Of a stretch of 64,000 nucleotides of DNA, positions 50,640 to 62,990 are shown one piece after another. The stretch spans positions 1,426,001 through 1,490,000 of the forward strand of contig AP026125.1 of NCBI GenBank assembly GCA_030295235.1. The letters run 5' to 3'. Numbering within the stretch: the stretch's first letter is position 1; each line of letters begins with the position of its first letter. The position numbers and the translations under genes were made by a program. A model generated the notes under the pieces. It was given only the letters and a program-made list of their open reading frames with translations, was not told the origin of the DNA and did not search any database. Origin of the DNA: Fistulifera solaris. Lineage: Eukaryota.

Positions 50640-53199
50640 TTATTGGGACGATTTAAGAACTTCTACAGTGAGGACCCAAAATTTAGTACCAACATGCAGC
50701 CCATAAGGATTCGCATCAGTCCCTATTTCTCCAGCAACAAGTTCTTCTTGGTAGATAATGCGGCCAAGAACAAAGTCGGGTGACCCCTTGATACAATCGG
50801 TCGACAGGTATCGATGCGGACAATTCGTATGAAACGCCAAATACATTCGCTTGCCCCCTGTTCCGCGACCGGTAGGCATGAATAGACCAACATCCCCTAT
50901 GCGGAAGCTGCTATGACTAATTTTGTCATTGAGGTTATTCGATGCCTCCAATTGATGCGTCGCTTTTTCCAAAAGAATTTTTGTCTTCTCTAGTTCTTTC
51001 CGAACAGCCACAACTTCCTCTCCAGCAACATCAGCAGCACCATCCTTAGCGCGTGCTTCTTCAATGTAGGCTCGAGGTGGCTTTGCGCCTAGGCGTTCTA
51101 ACGTTTGTCGCAAAATAAAGTTCTCGTAAGCAAGAGTCTTGGCTTCAGCTTCAATGGCAGTGTTTGAAGCAGGATCGAGAATAATCTCATCTCCACTTTG
51201 TTCATCCGCACTAACAATCAAGTGCTCCAGCTGTCGAGCTGGTTCTTGTCCTGCAGCTGCTGCACTTGTCATCATATTCGAACTTTGCTGTGGGTGCTGA
51301 CTCTCGGCGGTAAGTGTTGATGCACTGCCCCCTCCTTGCTCGGCAACAGTGGCGCTCTGATGCATCAAGGCATCTGCGGCTGAATCCGCAGCGGAAGACA
51401 TCCCAACGTTCGGCAGTGTGTCCAACTCCACTAGCGCCGGAAGCTGCGGCGTAAACAATGGAGGAGGTGTAGCCAAAGTAGGTACAAAAATGTCATAAAA
51501 CGCCGGCATTAAATGTCTCCCAGCACCCCTCAAAACTTTTCTCTCGCTCGGACCTCGTCATCTCTCATTGCCGCCACGCGATCCATCATCGCTGTTGCGG
51601 ACGCCATGACCGCCTGACCATAGGCTCGGCGACGGCGTAGCTCCAACAAGAAGACTCGATACGATTCGGGAAGTTCAGCAACATGTTCCAAGTGAACCAT
51701 ATTTTCGGCTTGCTGTACAAGCGCTTCACGAAGAACGCCAACGCTAGACAAAACCTTCTGTATCGACGACTGAGCCACACTGACTTCCCGCAGCCTGGCT
51801 TTCATACGTCTCATCATACGATTCTTTGCACCAGCCACACTCGCCATCAATTCTTTTAATTGTTCATCATCTTTCAGCATTTGCGAAACCAAATCCTTTG
51901 TCGAATTCGACATTTCGCGAAGAGGAGTAAAAACATTCTGTATCTCGTCATCGCTCTGAGAGTTCATAGCATGTGTTATCCTTTGAACAGCATCCCGGTG
52001 AGCAATTGTGAGCTTTTCTAGTCGCTGCGCTTGCGCTTCATTTATATTTTGGACTGCGTCTTCAACTTTTGACCAAAGGTTGTTGATTTCGTTTTCAGCA
52101 TCGTGATCTCTTTGTGCAATGTCTTCACGCGAAGAAGGAGAAGCAAGCTGATTGAATGTGATTTCAAGCTCTCCAAAGAGAGACAGGAGCCTCTGGTGAG
52201 AATGTAGGCATTGCGTAGCCCATGCTCGCTCACGTTCTACAGGAACCGTGTCAAGGAGGTTCTCCATGTTGCGCCCAGCAGCGCGTGCAATCGACACTAG
52301 TGATGGATGCAAAGGAATTGTAGCCAAGTTCGAAAGAATAGCATCAAAGCGCTGCAAAAGAGCTCCATGTGCGGATGTTTTTGCTTGAAAGTTTGCCGTA
52401 AATTCTGCACGTGTTCGTGCCGCCCCATGATAGTGATCTGAAAGATTCGAGACTGCGGCACGCAGAGACCTAGCCATAACCGCCTGCTCCTGCACGCATG
52501 TTCGACAAGCTGCCATACGAAGATCTGCACCGTCGGCTAGAACACGTCCTTGAGACATGTGAAGCATGAACTGTCGTTCAAAAGCAAACAGGGGAAGATG
52601 CAAAGGCGGCGCCCCGCTAGGATCAAGCGACAAAGGACTCGGACCAGGTGCTTCCGTTGGTAATGTCAAAGTAGTAGGTTCTAAATGACAAATGGGAGGG
52701 TCGGGTGCGTTTTCGGACAGATCAAGCTTCGAGAATAGAAAAAGGCGTTTCGCACCCGAACGCTCAGATCTCGTTAAAAGAGTTCGCGGTTTGGTGACAT
52801 CTTCCTGGATAGGGTCATCTTCCATATCCCCTAGACGCAATGCATTCAATATTTCCTCCGATTGTAAAGTTGTATTTTTGGGGACTTTGTACGGTGGTCC
52901 TAAGAGAAGAATTTGATTTTGTGGAGGGACAGCAGCGGCCAAATGACTGCGAAGATTTGTCACCCTGCAAAGCATGACGTTGTCAGAAGAAATCGATACA
53001 CAACGATAGCAATACTAGATGAATAGACTTCGGAATCAAAGAGAGATTTGAACAAAGCAACCACCAACAAAAGTCTTCCGCAGTCACAGAAAATGCTGAC
53101 TTACGTGAGTTCTGAAAGCAGCAGCTTTATCTTATAGGTCATCCCTGTACTCGCAGCGAGCACGCGTATCGTCACCGACTGCGAATGATTGCTTGCCAT
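50640..53199 (-). CDS. ATG11: Autophagy protein ATG11/RB1CC1-like
   Basis: Short exon 1 from 53199, then an intron; ARSLRAAVSNL; LPESYRVFLLELRRRRAY; C-terminal SFRIGDVGLFMP..NPYGL..FW. Frameshift near 51530. Confidence 0.85.
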
Positions 53200-53455
53200 G
53201 ATTATTTGTGCATTCTATTGAAAACAAGATTAGATGTCAAGGAGTAGGAACTGCATCAACGCCTCAAGAAGTCAAACATGTTTTTTTTCACTCTCCTGTC
53301 GAGCAGTCGAAATAGAACACGACAAAAACGAGGCGCGAGAGGACGAAGACCTATGCGAAGAGCGAAGAGCACAGTGAAGTTACCGCTACGACTTTTTACA
53401 ATTATAGTGATGTCGCTTTGCTTATTTACAAAACATGAATAAGCAGGCCTGCTCA

Positions 53456-53550
53456 TGACTGAAATGCATTCGTGGTCTCGTTGAACCTTCACTTTGGTCC
53501 ATAGTAAATACGGAGGACAACGTTTCGCAAGGCTCTTCGACGTAAAATAT
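53456..53550. repeat. Dispersed degenerate fragment of the 19.9-21.1 kb repeat unit
   Basis: GACTGAAATGCATTCGTGGTCTC..GGTCCATAGTAAA..GACAACGTTTCGCAAGGCTCTTCGACGTAAA. Confidence 0.85.
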
Positions 53551-53626
53551 CTGCTGCAATTGATTTTTTTATTATGCCATTGCAAAAACCGTAGCGAGGA
53601 GTCGTATTCAAACATAAATATTCTCG

Positions 53627-54274
53627 ATGTTTGTGTCGCGTCCCAATAAATTGCACCACCAACCCGCAGCACGAACCGCGGTTGAGGCGCCGTGTGACAA
53701 TGATCTTCGTGTACCTTATTTTTGCGAAGAAAACGTCTGGCGCCTTTGCTACCGCAAAATGCTTGAGCAGCCAGACAGTCACTTCTTTGCTGTGTTTATC
53801 TCCAATAGCAAGCAGTGCGTACCGATGTTTCATCAACATGCCGCTTCGAATCCTCGTAAGCCTTGCTGTTGGGACTATCATGTTATTTTACTTTGCGCAT
53901 CGCGGAACGGTGAAGTTTTTGTGCACGACATCGATAGTACCTTGCCGTACCCAACTCCGTTGCGAACCTATCTCGAACTTTCTTTTTTGCAAGATGAGAC
54001 CTCGCAGTTTGCTCCTTTGTTTCGAGTAATTCCTGGACAAGTCTACGTCCGAGAATTTGCCAGTGATCGGAGTCACATGTACAATGCCGAAACGGATAGC
54101 TGGAATGCCGCTCCGCCTACCTATGATTGCATCAATATGAGCCACGGCAGACAAAGTACTTTCAAACAGTTTAACGATTTTGCTCACGATAATGTGCGAA
54201 AGCAAGATCCCATTATTTACGGAGCCATTATTACGAAAAAAAGAATTGGAGGAGTATGTTTGCATTGGAGTTGA
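53627..54274 (+). CDS. NTAQ1: Protein N-terminal glutamine amidohydrolase
   Basis: FCEENVW, VFISN, WDYHV and FASDRSHM. Confidence 0.93.
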   Translation: MFVSRPNKLHHQPAARTAVEAPCDNDLRVPYFCEENVWRLCYRKMLEQPDSHFFAVFISNSKQCVPMFHQHAASNPRKPCCWDYHVILLCASRNGEVFVHDIDSTLPYPTPLRTYLELSFLQDETSQFAPLFRVIPGQVYVREFASDRSHMYNAETDSWNAAPPTYDCINMSHGRQSTFKQFNDFAHDNVRKQDPIIYGAIITKKRIGGVCLHWS

Positions 54275-54342
54275 AGACAAGAAATGATAGGTATTCGCGA
54301 CAATGATCTTTCTGTCATTTTCCGTTCAAAGTTTACGTTTGA

Positions 54343-55306
54343 CTATGTACACGCCATCTTAATTCCTGCTTTGGTGCTTAAATGGTTGGCAAGGACTTCG
54401 CATGCGACAGCCATGGAATGAGGATTTTCATTGTTGACAATCACATCCGCTTTGTATTTGGAGGGTTCGACGAACTGTAAATAGAATGTGAGAAACCGTC
54501 GGGTTGTTGCGACGTCCCTACTAGCTTTCAAGACGTACCATCTCGTGCATGGGACGAACCGTTTCATTGTATTGACGAAGAACATCATCGACTGTGCGTC
54601 CTCTTTCTCGTAAGTCTCTCGAAAGGCGACGAACTAATCGAATATCCGCCGCAGCATCCTGCAATTGTAAACAAAAGAATTAGTCGGTAATTCATACGAC
54701 TCGACATATCCTTTACTTCATGTAACGCACCACATAGACCATGACATCCAATTCTCGCCTTAGATTTTCATCGCTTAGAATAAGAATACCCTCGACCAGG
54801 ATGATTTTCTGCGGTGTCACACTCTGTGTTCCTTTGGCTCGCGTGTGTGACGCAAAATCCCATTGCGGTACATCCACAGCTTCGCCTCGCTTGAGACTTT
54901 GAATGTGTTCGATCAGTAGCGATGTTTCCAGCGAATCCGGATGATCAAAGTTGTTTTGAGCCCGGGCTGCGGGTGTTAGATGCGAAAGATCCCGATAGTA
55001 CGAGTCGTGGTGCAAATAGGATACATTCTCACTCTCGTCGAGTTTCTGGAAAAGACGATGGGCTAAGGTTGTCTAATGATGGCGAGAGGCAACATTGAAC
55101 TGTAAGAAACGCTCCTTCCTAAAAAGGAGTCTGACCCAAACTCTTAATCATACCTTGCCAGCACCTGTGCCTCCCGCGATGCCTTGATGTTTGCAAATGG
55201 TTGTTAGCAATTGAAAGTATTGTAAAGGAGGTGAGTAATAGGGACTGTGACGACTTTTTTCCGTGGATCATTCCATCGTACCAATGGTTACAACCGGAAT
55301 CGGCAT
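54343..55306 (-). CDS. Uridine kinase, multi-exon
   Basis: [31 protein letters not shown] and [13 protein letters not shown], split by short introns. Confidence 0.88.
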
Positions 55307-55499
55307 TTTCTGTAATAATCTTCTTCTTCTTCCTAAAAATACGTTTCCTGTAGCTTTCGTTTTGTAAGCTACGAAAGTGTAATCTGATTGCTTCGTTGCA
55401 AATTTGTTATTCTCATTGGCGTTGCTGCTCTGCTCGAGCTTTTATTTGGCTTTTTGTTGAGTGGAATGCGAGGCAGAATAAGGTCACGTTGCGTACGTG

Positions 55500-56295
55500 C
55501 CAGAAATTCTGGACCAGTGTATTACTCCGTATTTCTTATTTCATTCATACAGAAAATCTGGTCTGTTCCAGAAATTCTGGACTAGTGTATTTTTCATTCC
55601 TACAGAAAATCTGGTCTGGTCCAGAAATTCTGGACTAGTGTATTTTTCATTCATACAGAAAATCTGGGGTGGTCCAGAAATTCTGGACCAGTTGTATTTC
55701 ATTCATTTAGAAAATCTGGAGTGGTCCAAAAATTCTGGACTTGTTGCATTTCATTCATGCAGAAAATCTGTGCCGCTCCAGAAATTCTGGACCAGTTGTA
55801 TTTCATTCATACAGAAAATCTGGAGTGGTCCAGAAATTCTGGACCAGGTTTACCTGGTAGTTTCATTCATAGACAAATTCTGGAGAGGTTCAGAAATTCT
55901 GGACCAGTTGTAGTTTCATTCATAGAGAAATTCTGGGGAGGTCCACAGAAATTCTGGACCAGTTGTATTTCATTCATACAGAAAATCTGGGTTGCTCATT
56001 CTGGACCATTTGTATTTCTTTCATACAGAAAATCTGGGGCGGTCCAAAAATTTTGGACCAGTTGTATTTCATTTGTACAGAAAATCTTGGCCGCTCCAGA
56101 AATTCTGGACCAGTTGTGAGTTGTGAGTGTATTTCCAAGGGTATTTCATTCATACAGAAAATCTCTGCCGGTCCAGAAATAATTATGGACCAGTTGAATT
56201 TCATTCACACAGAAAATCTGGGCTGGTCCAGAAATACTGGACCAGATGTATTTCATTCATACAGAAAATCTGGGGCGTTCCAGAAATTCTGGACC
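55500..56295. repeat. Minisatellite, ~52 bp unit with a GGTCCAGAAATTCTGGACC palindrome
   Basis: About 14 degenerate copies of GGTCCAGAAATTCTGGACCAGTTGTATTTCATTCATACAGAAAATCTGG. Confidence 0.93.
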
Positions 56296-56516
56296 TTGTA
56301 CTCTCGTGACTGTGACCTTATTCGTTTGCGAAAGAGGTGCGATATACCAGGTAGCAGTGCACGCAATGATGATTCTTCATTCATTCTAATTCATTTCATT
56401 CTTTCAGGCGACTCTGATTCAATTACCTGTTTGCCCCTTTCACTTTTTTTAATCAAATAAAATTGCGGTTTTCGAAGGTTTTTGTGGTCGATGAACCTTA
56501 GAATTGGAGATTTGTA

Positions 56517-58979
56517 ATGCCAGCCATTTTACTTTTTTCGAGAAGGACCGCGTTGGGGGGAGACGACCTTCAGCCTGCGGCATTTGTGTCTATTATTCTC
56601 CGCATCGGGCAATTCTTGGTGCTACTGATCCCCATATTTGCACGAATGCGTCGAGATGTAATACGGGCCGGCGGTTTTATCGAATATCTCCTTTACGATC
56701 CCAATGATCAAGATCCTACCTGTCGCAATTCACATTTCTACTGCTTATTGACATTGATATATGCTCTTTTGACAACAATATACATTATTGCTGCTATCAT
56801 TCTTGACCAGAGAATAGCTTATTGGTCCAGTCAAGGTTCACCGACCGAGCGTGAACCTCGATCATCCAAAGTTGCCTATCTCCTTGAATTGAAGCTGCTA
56901 CCTTTTACCATTGTGCTCCTTCTCGTCTGGGCAACTGGCTTGAGCACAATATCAACCGGAAAGCGGTACTACCGTTGTGCATACGAAAACGAATCGGCAA
57001 AAGATCCAACTTCTACGCCAGTTCTTTACTGGTGGGTCCCGTTGGTTATACTGCTATCCTTGCAATTCACCGAGATGCTGTTTTCTTGGAGATTCCTTTT
57101 CGGGCTGTGTCGACAACCCAGAGTAATAAATTCCTCATCATGGATTGGAGACGAAGAAGCCTATTTACCGGATCCAGTCAATCACGAACTGATCGAGGAA
57201 ATGTGGGCGGAACGATGTGCTTCGTTTTGCCAGTGTTTGTCGTGGATGAGCTGCTTTCTTTTCGGAGGAAGCGAGTTAGCGGGGCAAGCAGAATTTGGAG
57301 ACGTGGCTAGAGCGCTAGCAGATTACCTTGAGTATCGCGGAGTGCTAGATGTAGTGCCATCGGATATTGTCACCGGGCTGATCCTTGTCCGAAATATTCA
57401 GCAAGAAAGGATCATGAGTTATCGACGAGAACTTCGATCAAAAGCCACTAGCACGTTGAGCACAGAATCGACGCCTGCGCAACGAACTCAGACGAAGAAA
57501 ACTGGCGAAGACAGCGGGTTACTGGGCAGTGAGACTGTGTCACCTGTCAATCTACCAGCTGCGAACAGCCCTACTCAACCACTGATGGATGAAATAGACC
57601 CACTCGATCCAGCCGATCGAAATGGAAGGCTACTGGACAGAAACAGCTTTTCGGATATGCAATGTCTAGAAGAAGGCGCCCGCTACGCTAGCTACGCGCT
57701 GGCAATATATACTTGGGTTTTGTATGTGTATGAGCGCCCAATCACCGGTCCGCTCGAACTCCTAGGTCGCGGTTGTATAGCATGCTGTCGAGGAAAATAC
57801 AGAAGAGCGGATTCTTCGGAAGGACTGAGCATATCAGGGGAGAGTGAGCTTCTTGAAATTGGAGAAGCTGAATTTTATGGCGATAATATGTGCCATACAC
57901 ACCGAAATGCATTGCTCCTCAGTGCGAATCTATCCGACGCTGATTTGGTGTATGCTCAGTTGCGCAGCGGCTTTCGCGATAACCCATACTGTATAATTTT
58001 GGACCACGCATGGAAAACGGTTGTCGTCTCCATTCGAGGGACTTTCAGTTTGGAAGATTGTGTGACCGACGTTTTAATTCAACCGGAGTCACTTGAGAAA
58101 CTTGGTGAAGAGTTTGGCTTTGATGGACACGGGCAATTCTGCCATGGTGGAGTGATGAATTGCGTACGGAATGTTTACAGAGACTTGGAAAGGCATCACC
58201 TTCTAGAAAGACTTCTACTTGGACCAAATGCTGCATACCCTGACTACTCGCTGCGAATAGTTGGTCACAGTTTAGGTGCGGCAACTGGAACGCTTCTTTC
58301 TTACATGTTACGGCATAAGTACCCGAACTTGAGGTGCTTGAATTATTCCCCAGTTGGCTGCGCATTCACATGGGATCTCGCCACTGGCTGCTCTGAATGG
58401 TGCGACTCTTTTTTTGTTGACTCGGATATTGTACCCAGACTTTCACTTGAATCAATGGACAAGCTGCGCGATGATATGCTTGAAGGAATTGGAAGGCTGA
58501 AGGTGCCGAAGATTCACGTCGCCCGCCGCGCCGTTGGCCACTACGGTTTACTCGCGTGTGGGAACTTTTGCTACACACTTTTTTCAGATGAACACGCCTT
58601 ACAAGATACGGCGGAGCTTCTTCACGAACCTGAGAGTGTGCCTGATTCTGCGTTCCAAGATCAATTATCTCGATTTAGGCAGATGCAAGCTGAACGAAAG
58701 CGTTCTCGAGGTGTGATTCGGTCCACTAGGCTCTATCCTCCTGGTCGCATGATCCACTTGGCAAAAATAGGAGAAAAGCGATCTTGTCTTCATGGATGCG
58801 CGAGATGCTTGACGTGTTTCTCGACCAGTTTCGGCTCCGAATACGTTCCTGTATGGGTTAGAAATGATGAGCTTCTTGAAATTGTGGTAAGCCCAACAAT
58901 GGGCACGGACCACTTTCCGAATCGTTTGCGCAAAATCCTTGTTGATGTTGCATCGAGTCATGGATTAAATGCTTTTTGA
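56517..58979 (+). CDS. sn1-diacylglycerol lipase-like (class 3 lipase with N-terminal TM helices)
   Basis: Four TM segments; DVVPSDIVTGL, VVSIRGT, VGHSLGA, DIVPRLS and LYPPGR. Confidence 0.9.
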   Translation: MPAILLFSRRTALGGDDLQPAAFVSIILRIGQFLVLLIPIFARMRRDVIRAGGFIEYLLYDPNDQDPTCRNSHFYCLLTLIYALLTTIYIIAAIILDQRIAYWSSQGSPTEREPRSSKVAYLLELKLLPFTIVLLLVWATGLSTISTGKRYYRCAYENESAKDPTSTPVLYWWVPLVILLSLQFTEMLFSWRFLFGLCRQPRVINSSSWIGDEEAYLPDPVNHELIEEMWAERCASFCQCLSWMSCFLFGGSELAGQAEFGDVARALADYLEYRGVLDVVPSDIVTGLILVRNIQQERIMSYRRELRSKATSTLSTESTPAQRTQTKKTGEDSGLLGSETVSPVNLPAANSPTQPLMDEIDPLDPADRNGRLLDRNSFSDMQCLEEGARYASYALAIYTWVLYVYERPITGPLELLGRGCIACCRGKYRRADSSEGLSISGESELLEIGEAEFYGDNMCHTHRNALLLSANLSDADLVYAQLRSGFRDNPYCIILDHAWKTVVVSIRGTFSLEDCVTDVLIQPESLEKLGEEFGFDGHGQFCHGGVMNCVRNVYRDLERHHLLERLLLGPNAAYPDYSLRIVGHSLGAATGTLLSYMLRHKYPNLRCLNYSPVGCAFTWDLATGCSEWCDSFFVDSDIVPRLSLESMDKLRDDMLEGIGRLKVPKIHVARRAVGHYGLLACGNFCYTLFSDEHALQDTAELLHEPESVPDSAFQDQLSRFRQMQAERKRSRGVIRSTRLYPPGRMIHLAKIGEKRSCLHGCARCLTCFSTSFGSEYVPVWVRNDELLEIVVSPTMGTDHFPNRLRKILVDVASSHGLNAF

Positions 58980-60183
58980 ATTCACTGAGCTGACATGTGC
59001 GATAAGTGAACTTTCTTGCTTACCACTTTACTTGTGTCCTTAGTTAGCTGAGTCTTTTCGAGGGTACCCAATTGAGTTGGCACTTAGCAGTCATTAGCAT
59101 CAGCTATCTCCATGCATACTCAAGAGACAAGCTGAAAGTGCGGAAGGTGAGGCCGAAGCTCGAAGCGTTATCTCAGATCTCAAGAGAAAGCGAAAGACTT
59201 TTTGTGACGATAGTGACCGATGAAGGAAGTTTTTGGCTCCCGTATCCCCTACATAGCAATTCAAATTTCAGATAGAGGTGATAGGTGACACAGTATGTGA
59301 TCGGGGACACATGATAGATGGTAGATGGTAGCATCACGATTTAGAAATGTTCTTGTTTCTAGAGTTTCTAGTTTAGTTTAGTAGAGTTCTCTAGGTTTCC
59401 CTCACGGAACACCTAGTCGTAATAATAATTGTTGTTCCAGGCTCCAAAGTCCTGCGACAACAAACTAAGGAGTCAGAAGTCAGAAGCAAGAAGTAGCCAG
59501 CGAGCAGCAGCAGCGGGGCGCGGGCGTAAGCAAGAGTTGCACGATGCACGATATTAGATGATGATTCGGACTTGGGAATGAATGGTACAAATGTACAAAT
59601 TCCTACAGCAAATGATCGTCAATTTGGTCAATGGGTCAATGGTCAATGGTCTTGTGTCCATCAGGCCCTAAAGACTACGCATAGTACTTTTCTGAATCAA
59701 CTCACACCTCACACCCTCACACCCTCACACCTCACACCATCAGTAGCAAGTAGCCAGTAGACCGTACTGGTTTGGGAATTCGTTGAGATACTGTCGGCCA
59801 AGGGGGGCCGTTAAGACTTAAAAAACCCATAAATCTCACACCTTCAAACACAAGAGTCCGATGTCCGAAACCCGATAGGTCATTGTGGACTTTTTACGCT
59901 CAAACTGTTACACGTTACACATACCACATACCTCACTCATACCACACACCACATACCTTCCGTTGAACATCGAAAATGACTGTGATAGCTGAGAGCATTC
60001 TGCCCTTTGCCAAGGTCGTGAAGTCGTCAAGTGACCGTTTTATTTGATGGCACGAACAAAACGCATGCCGATCGCTCACAACTCCATCGCTTCTTTCATA
60101 GAAATGGGACCAGTACTTGTACAAGTCACATAAAAGCAAACTCTTTCACCACCCGACCAAATTTCCTCCCTTAGAAGCTAGCT

Positions 60184-60538
60184 ATGTGCATGTCGACCTC
60201 AAATAATAATTGCGAAGTGGAACCTACTTCACGAACTTTCTCTGAGCATATCCCGAAAAAAACCGGAGGTGCAATTTGCGATCGGCACCGTTGGATCCAT
60301 TCATGACGTGGAATTGCAGTCGCACAACAATCGGCGGAAGTATGCTCGAAGAGGTTCTAAAACTCCCTTCATGTTGATGCTGAATGTGAAGCAGCTATCG
60401 CCAGTCAGTGATCGCGACATTTCCATGAGCGACAGCACCCCCAGCCGCAAACGACGCATGTCAGTCGTCTCGTCTCTCATACTGCAGTTTGAAGATTCAA
60501 TATGCATTGAAACCAAGTGTGCAAAGAGAGACCGCTAG
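60184..60538 (+). CDS. Small hypothetical protein (probable frameshift in the A7 run near 60256)
   Basis: Basic motifs RRKYARRGSKTPFML and RKRRMS; ATG at 60184. Confidence 0.4.
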
Positions 60539-60807
60539 CAATTGTCTATACCTTTCATAAGCCGAATGTATCGTAAAGCTTATAAATCGCTATTCTTTCA
60601 CCTCTCTGGTCTTTGTACTTCAGCCTTTTCGTCAGACTCGTACCAGATACTCGCGTGTTGTCGACATGACATACTCAAAACATACTAGAGAGAGAGCCAA
60701 GACCCACCGCTGCCAGGTGCGGCGTTAAAATTCAAAGGATGCAGCTGAGTTGAAAAGCAAACTTAGGATGTTTTACGGTTCTTTTATACATCTCGCCTCT
60801 CATACTC

Positions 60808-61497
60808 TTACTCCGAGTCATCTTCCGCGTCCTCTTCTCTTGCGTAGATGACATTATCAATGACTCCAAACGCGAGCGCTTGCTCGACATTCATAAAGTA
60901 ATCACGATCCATACGACGCTCAATTTCTTCCAAAGACTGACCCGTGTGATGAACAAATAGATTGTTCAAATTGGCCCTCGTGCGCAGAATTTCCTTGGCT
61001 TGAATATCAATGTCAGCAGCCATTCCTTGTGCACCTCCACTGGGTTGATGAATCATGATGCGCGCATTTGGCAAAGCCTTGCGACAACCTTTGGCACCTC
61101 CCGCCAACAAAAGGGAGCCCATAGATGCCGCCTGACCCATACACATGGTGTGTATTTCCGGACGAATGTATTGCATGGTATCGTAAATCGCCATACCCGC
61201 CGTGACTAATCCACCGGGGCTGTTAATGTACATGTGCACGGGCGAGCGGGGGTCTTCGGCTTCTAAAAATAAAAGCTGAGCTGTCACAAGAGATGCCATC
61301 TGATCGGTGACTTCTCCATGCACACAAATAATCCGTTCTCTCAAAAGGCGCGAGTAGATATCGAACGATCGTTCACCCATCGCCCCACTTTCTAAAACAA
61401 TCGGGACAGTATAAGATCGAGTCGTTGCAATGGCGGATCTGGTGCACGGCGCTCGTGCTGCTTGTGCAAGGTGTTTTATCAGCAATAAGTGCGTCAT
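60808..61497 (-). CDS. clpP: ATP-dependent Clp protease proteolytic subunit, probably mitochondrial
   Basis: [35 protein letters not shown] and MDRDYFM. Confidence 0.95.
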   Translation of the reverse strand: MTHLLLIKHLAQAARAPCTRSAIATTRSYTVPIVLESGAMGERSFDIYSRLLRERIICVHGEVTDQMASLVTAQLLFLEAEDPRSPVHMYINSPGGLVTAGMAIYDTMQYIRPEIHTMCMGQAASMGSLLLAGGAKGCRKALPNARIMIHQPSGGAQGMAADIDIQAKEILRTRANLNNLFVHHTGQSLEEIERRMDRDYFMNVEQALAFGVIDNVIYAREEDAEDDSE

Positions 61498-61994
61498 AAT
61501 AGGGTTAATATGACGGTGTTGGGAATGAGTGAGATTACAATAGTTAACAGAGACAAAACCTGAATGATTTATTCCATCGTCACGGCGGATGATAGCAAAT
61601 CGAAAAAGGTCGAGAGGTGTCAAAAAGAAAAAGACATCGTCGTCGCAATGACGACTGACTCATGACCGAAATCCAGTCAAAATAAAAAGTAATCTACTTA
61701 TCGAGATATAGTAATACTTTTACTATAGTTTGAGAAGTCACGGTACGATATGAGTGCCGTCCATCATGCGTCCGTCTAAAGCGATTTTCGAACAACAAAG
61801 AATTCAACGCGACGACGAGCACAGACGCAACAACCGAAAGAACAGTCAAGAATGCAAATAAATCAAAGCATTTTGATCACAACAAAGCCACTATCATTCT
61901 TCTTTGAGTTACATACTCATAATTTTGGAGAGTGTTGACCGAACGCGCACAATAAAGCATTACACGTGTCATTTGCAAATTGACAAATTTGAAT

Positions 61995-62990
61995 ATGTAC
62001 GCTTTCCGTTTACTTTTTGTCGCTCTCCTCTCGGGGCCCTGGTCCTTTACCTCCAGCACTATAGTACAACCTGTCCTTGGTTTTACACCAGCGTCTTCGC
62101 CAGGGCACAGCCGGACCGGAATAGCTTCGCCAGAAACGGAAACTTGTCAAGCCGTTTCTTCGTCTCAATCAGATGCAACGAACCGTCCGCCCACATGGCG
62201 ACAAAAAACTTAAAAAGGGGGTCGAATCTTCTCAGTTGAATACGTATCATTTGATTTGGTCGAAAGGGGCGTGGAAGAAGTTTACGGTGGGATCCATATC
62301 TTTATTTGCGGTAAATACTCTGTTTTCTTTTTTACCCTCAAGCAAATATCTTTCAGACAACTTTGGATTACTTGAGCAAATCGCAATTCGAACCGCTCTC
62401 TACCTTGGCTACGGACATTGTTTTGCCTTTTTTGGCCAGTGCATGCTGTCTTCTACAGCTCTGGATCAACTTACTGGCGGGCGGCTGTGCGGGATTCAAC
62501 ACGACCTTGGGGCCCGTGCGTCCTTACTTTCTCTCTATTTTATTTTTACATCACGCTGACCACTGGGCGATGGAACTCCGGAAAATGGTATTTGGTGACA
62601 ATAACTCGTTGGCTGGTGGCGCTTTCGCCTGAGTTGCTGCATATCTGGAATGTTTGGAGTGAAAACAATCGTCAGCACGTCTCTTCTGACGTTTCAGCGA
62701 TGCCATTCCAGGCCACTTTGAAGTTGGATATACCCACCATGGGATGTGTGGCATGTATCAACAAAATCAATTCGGCACTAAACACAGATGGTCGCATTTT
62801 GGAGGCGAATTCCGAACTAAATCCGTTGGGCGCGAAAGGAGGATATGCGACTGTTCGTGTCGCGTCGCAGACACGAGAAGAGTTGGATCAGTTATGTGAG
62901 AAGATTGTTCAGTCGATTGAAAAGGCGGGCTTTGAACCGTGCCGTATAGAATCGATGGACCTGGTCAAGATAGCCGATCTTCTGCAGTGA
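61995..62990 (+). CDS. Membrane protein with a CC motif and a C-terminal heavy-metal-associated domain (frameshifted)
   Basis: LASACCLLQL in a hydrophobic helix; MGCVAC HMA motif. Confidence 0.7.

Noticed and set aside
55500..56295. CRISPR-like array of palindromic repeats (also 35311-36690 and 49527-49980)
   Set aside because: The intervening sequences are near-identical rather than unique spacers, there are no cas genes, and the context is eukaryotic.
59626..59740. Short GGTCAAT and CTCACAC repeats (also GATTGGT near 7325) as telomeric or functional repeats
   Set aside because: Only 3-5 copies, consistent with ordinary microsatellites.
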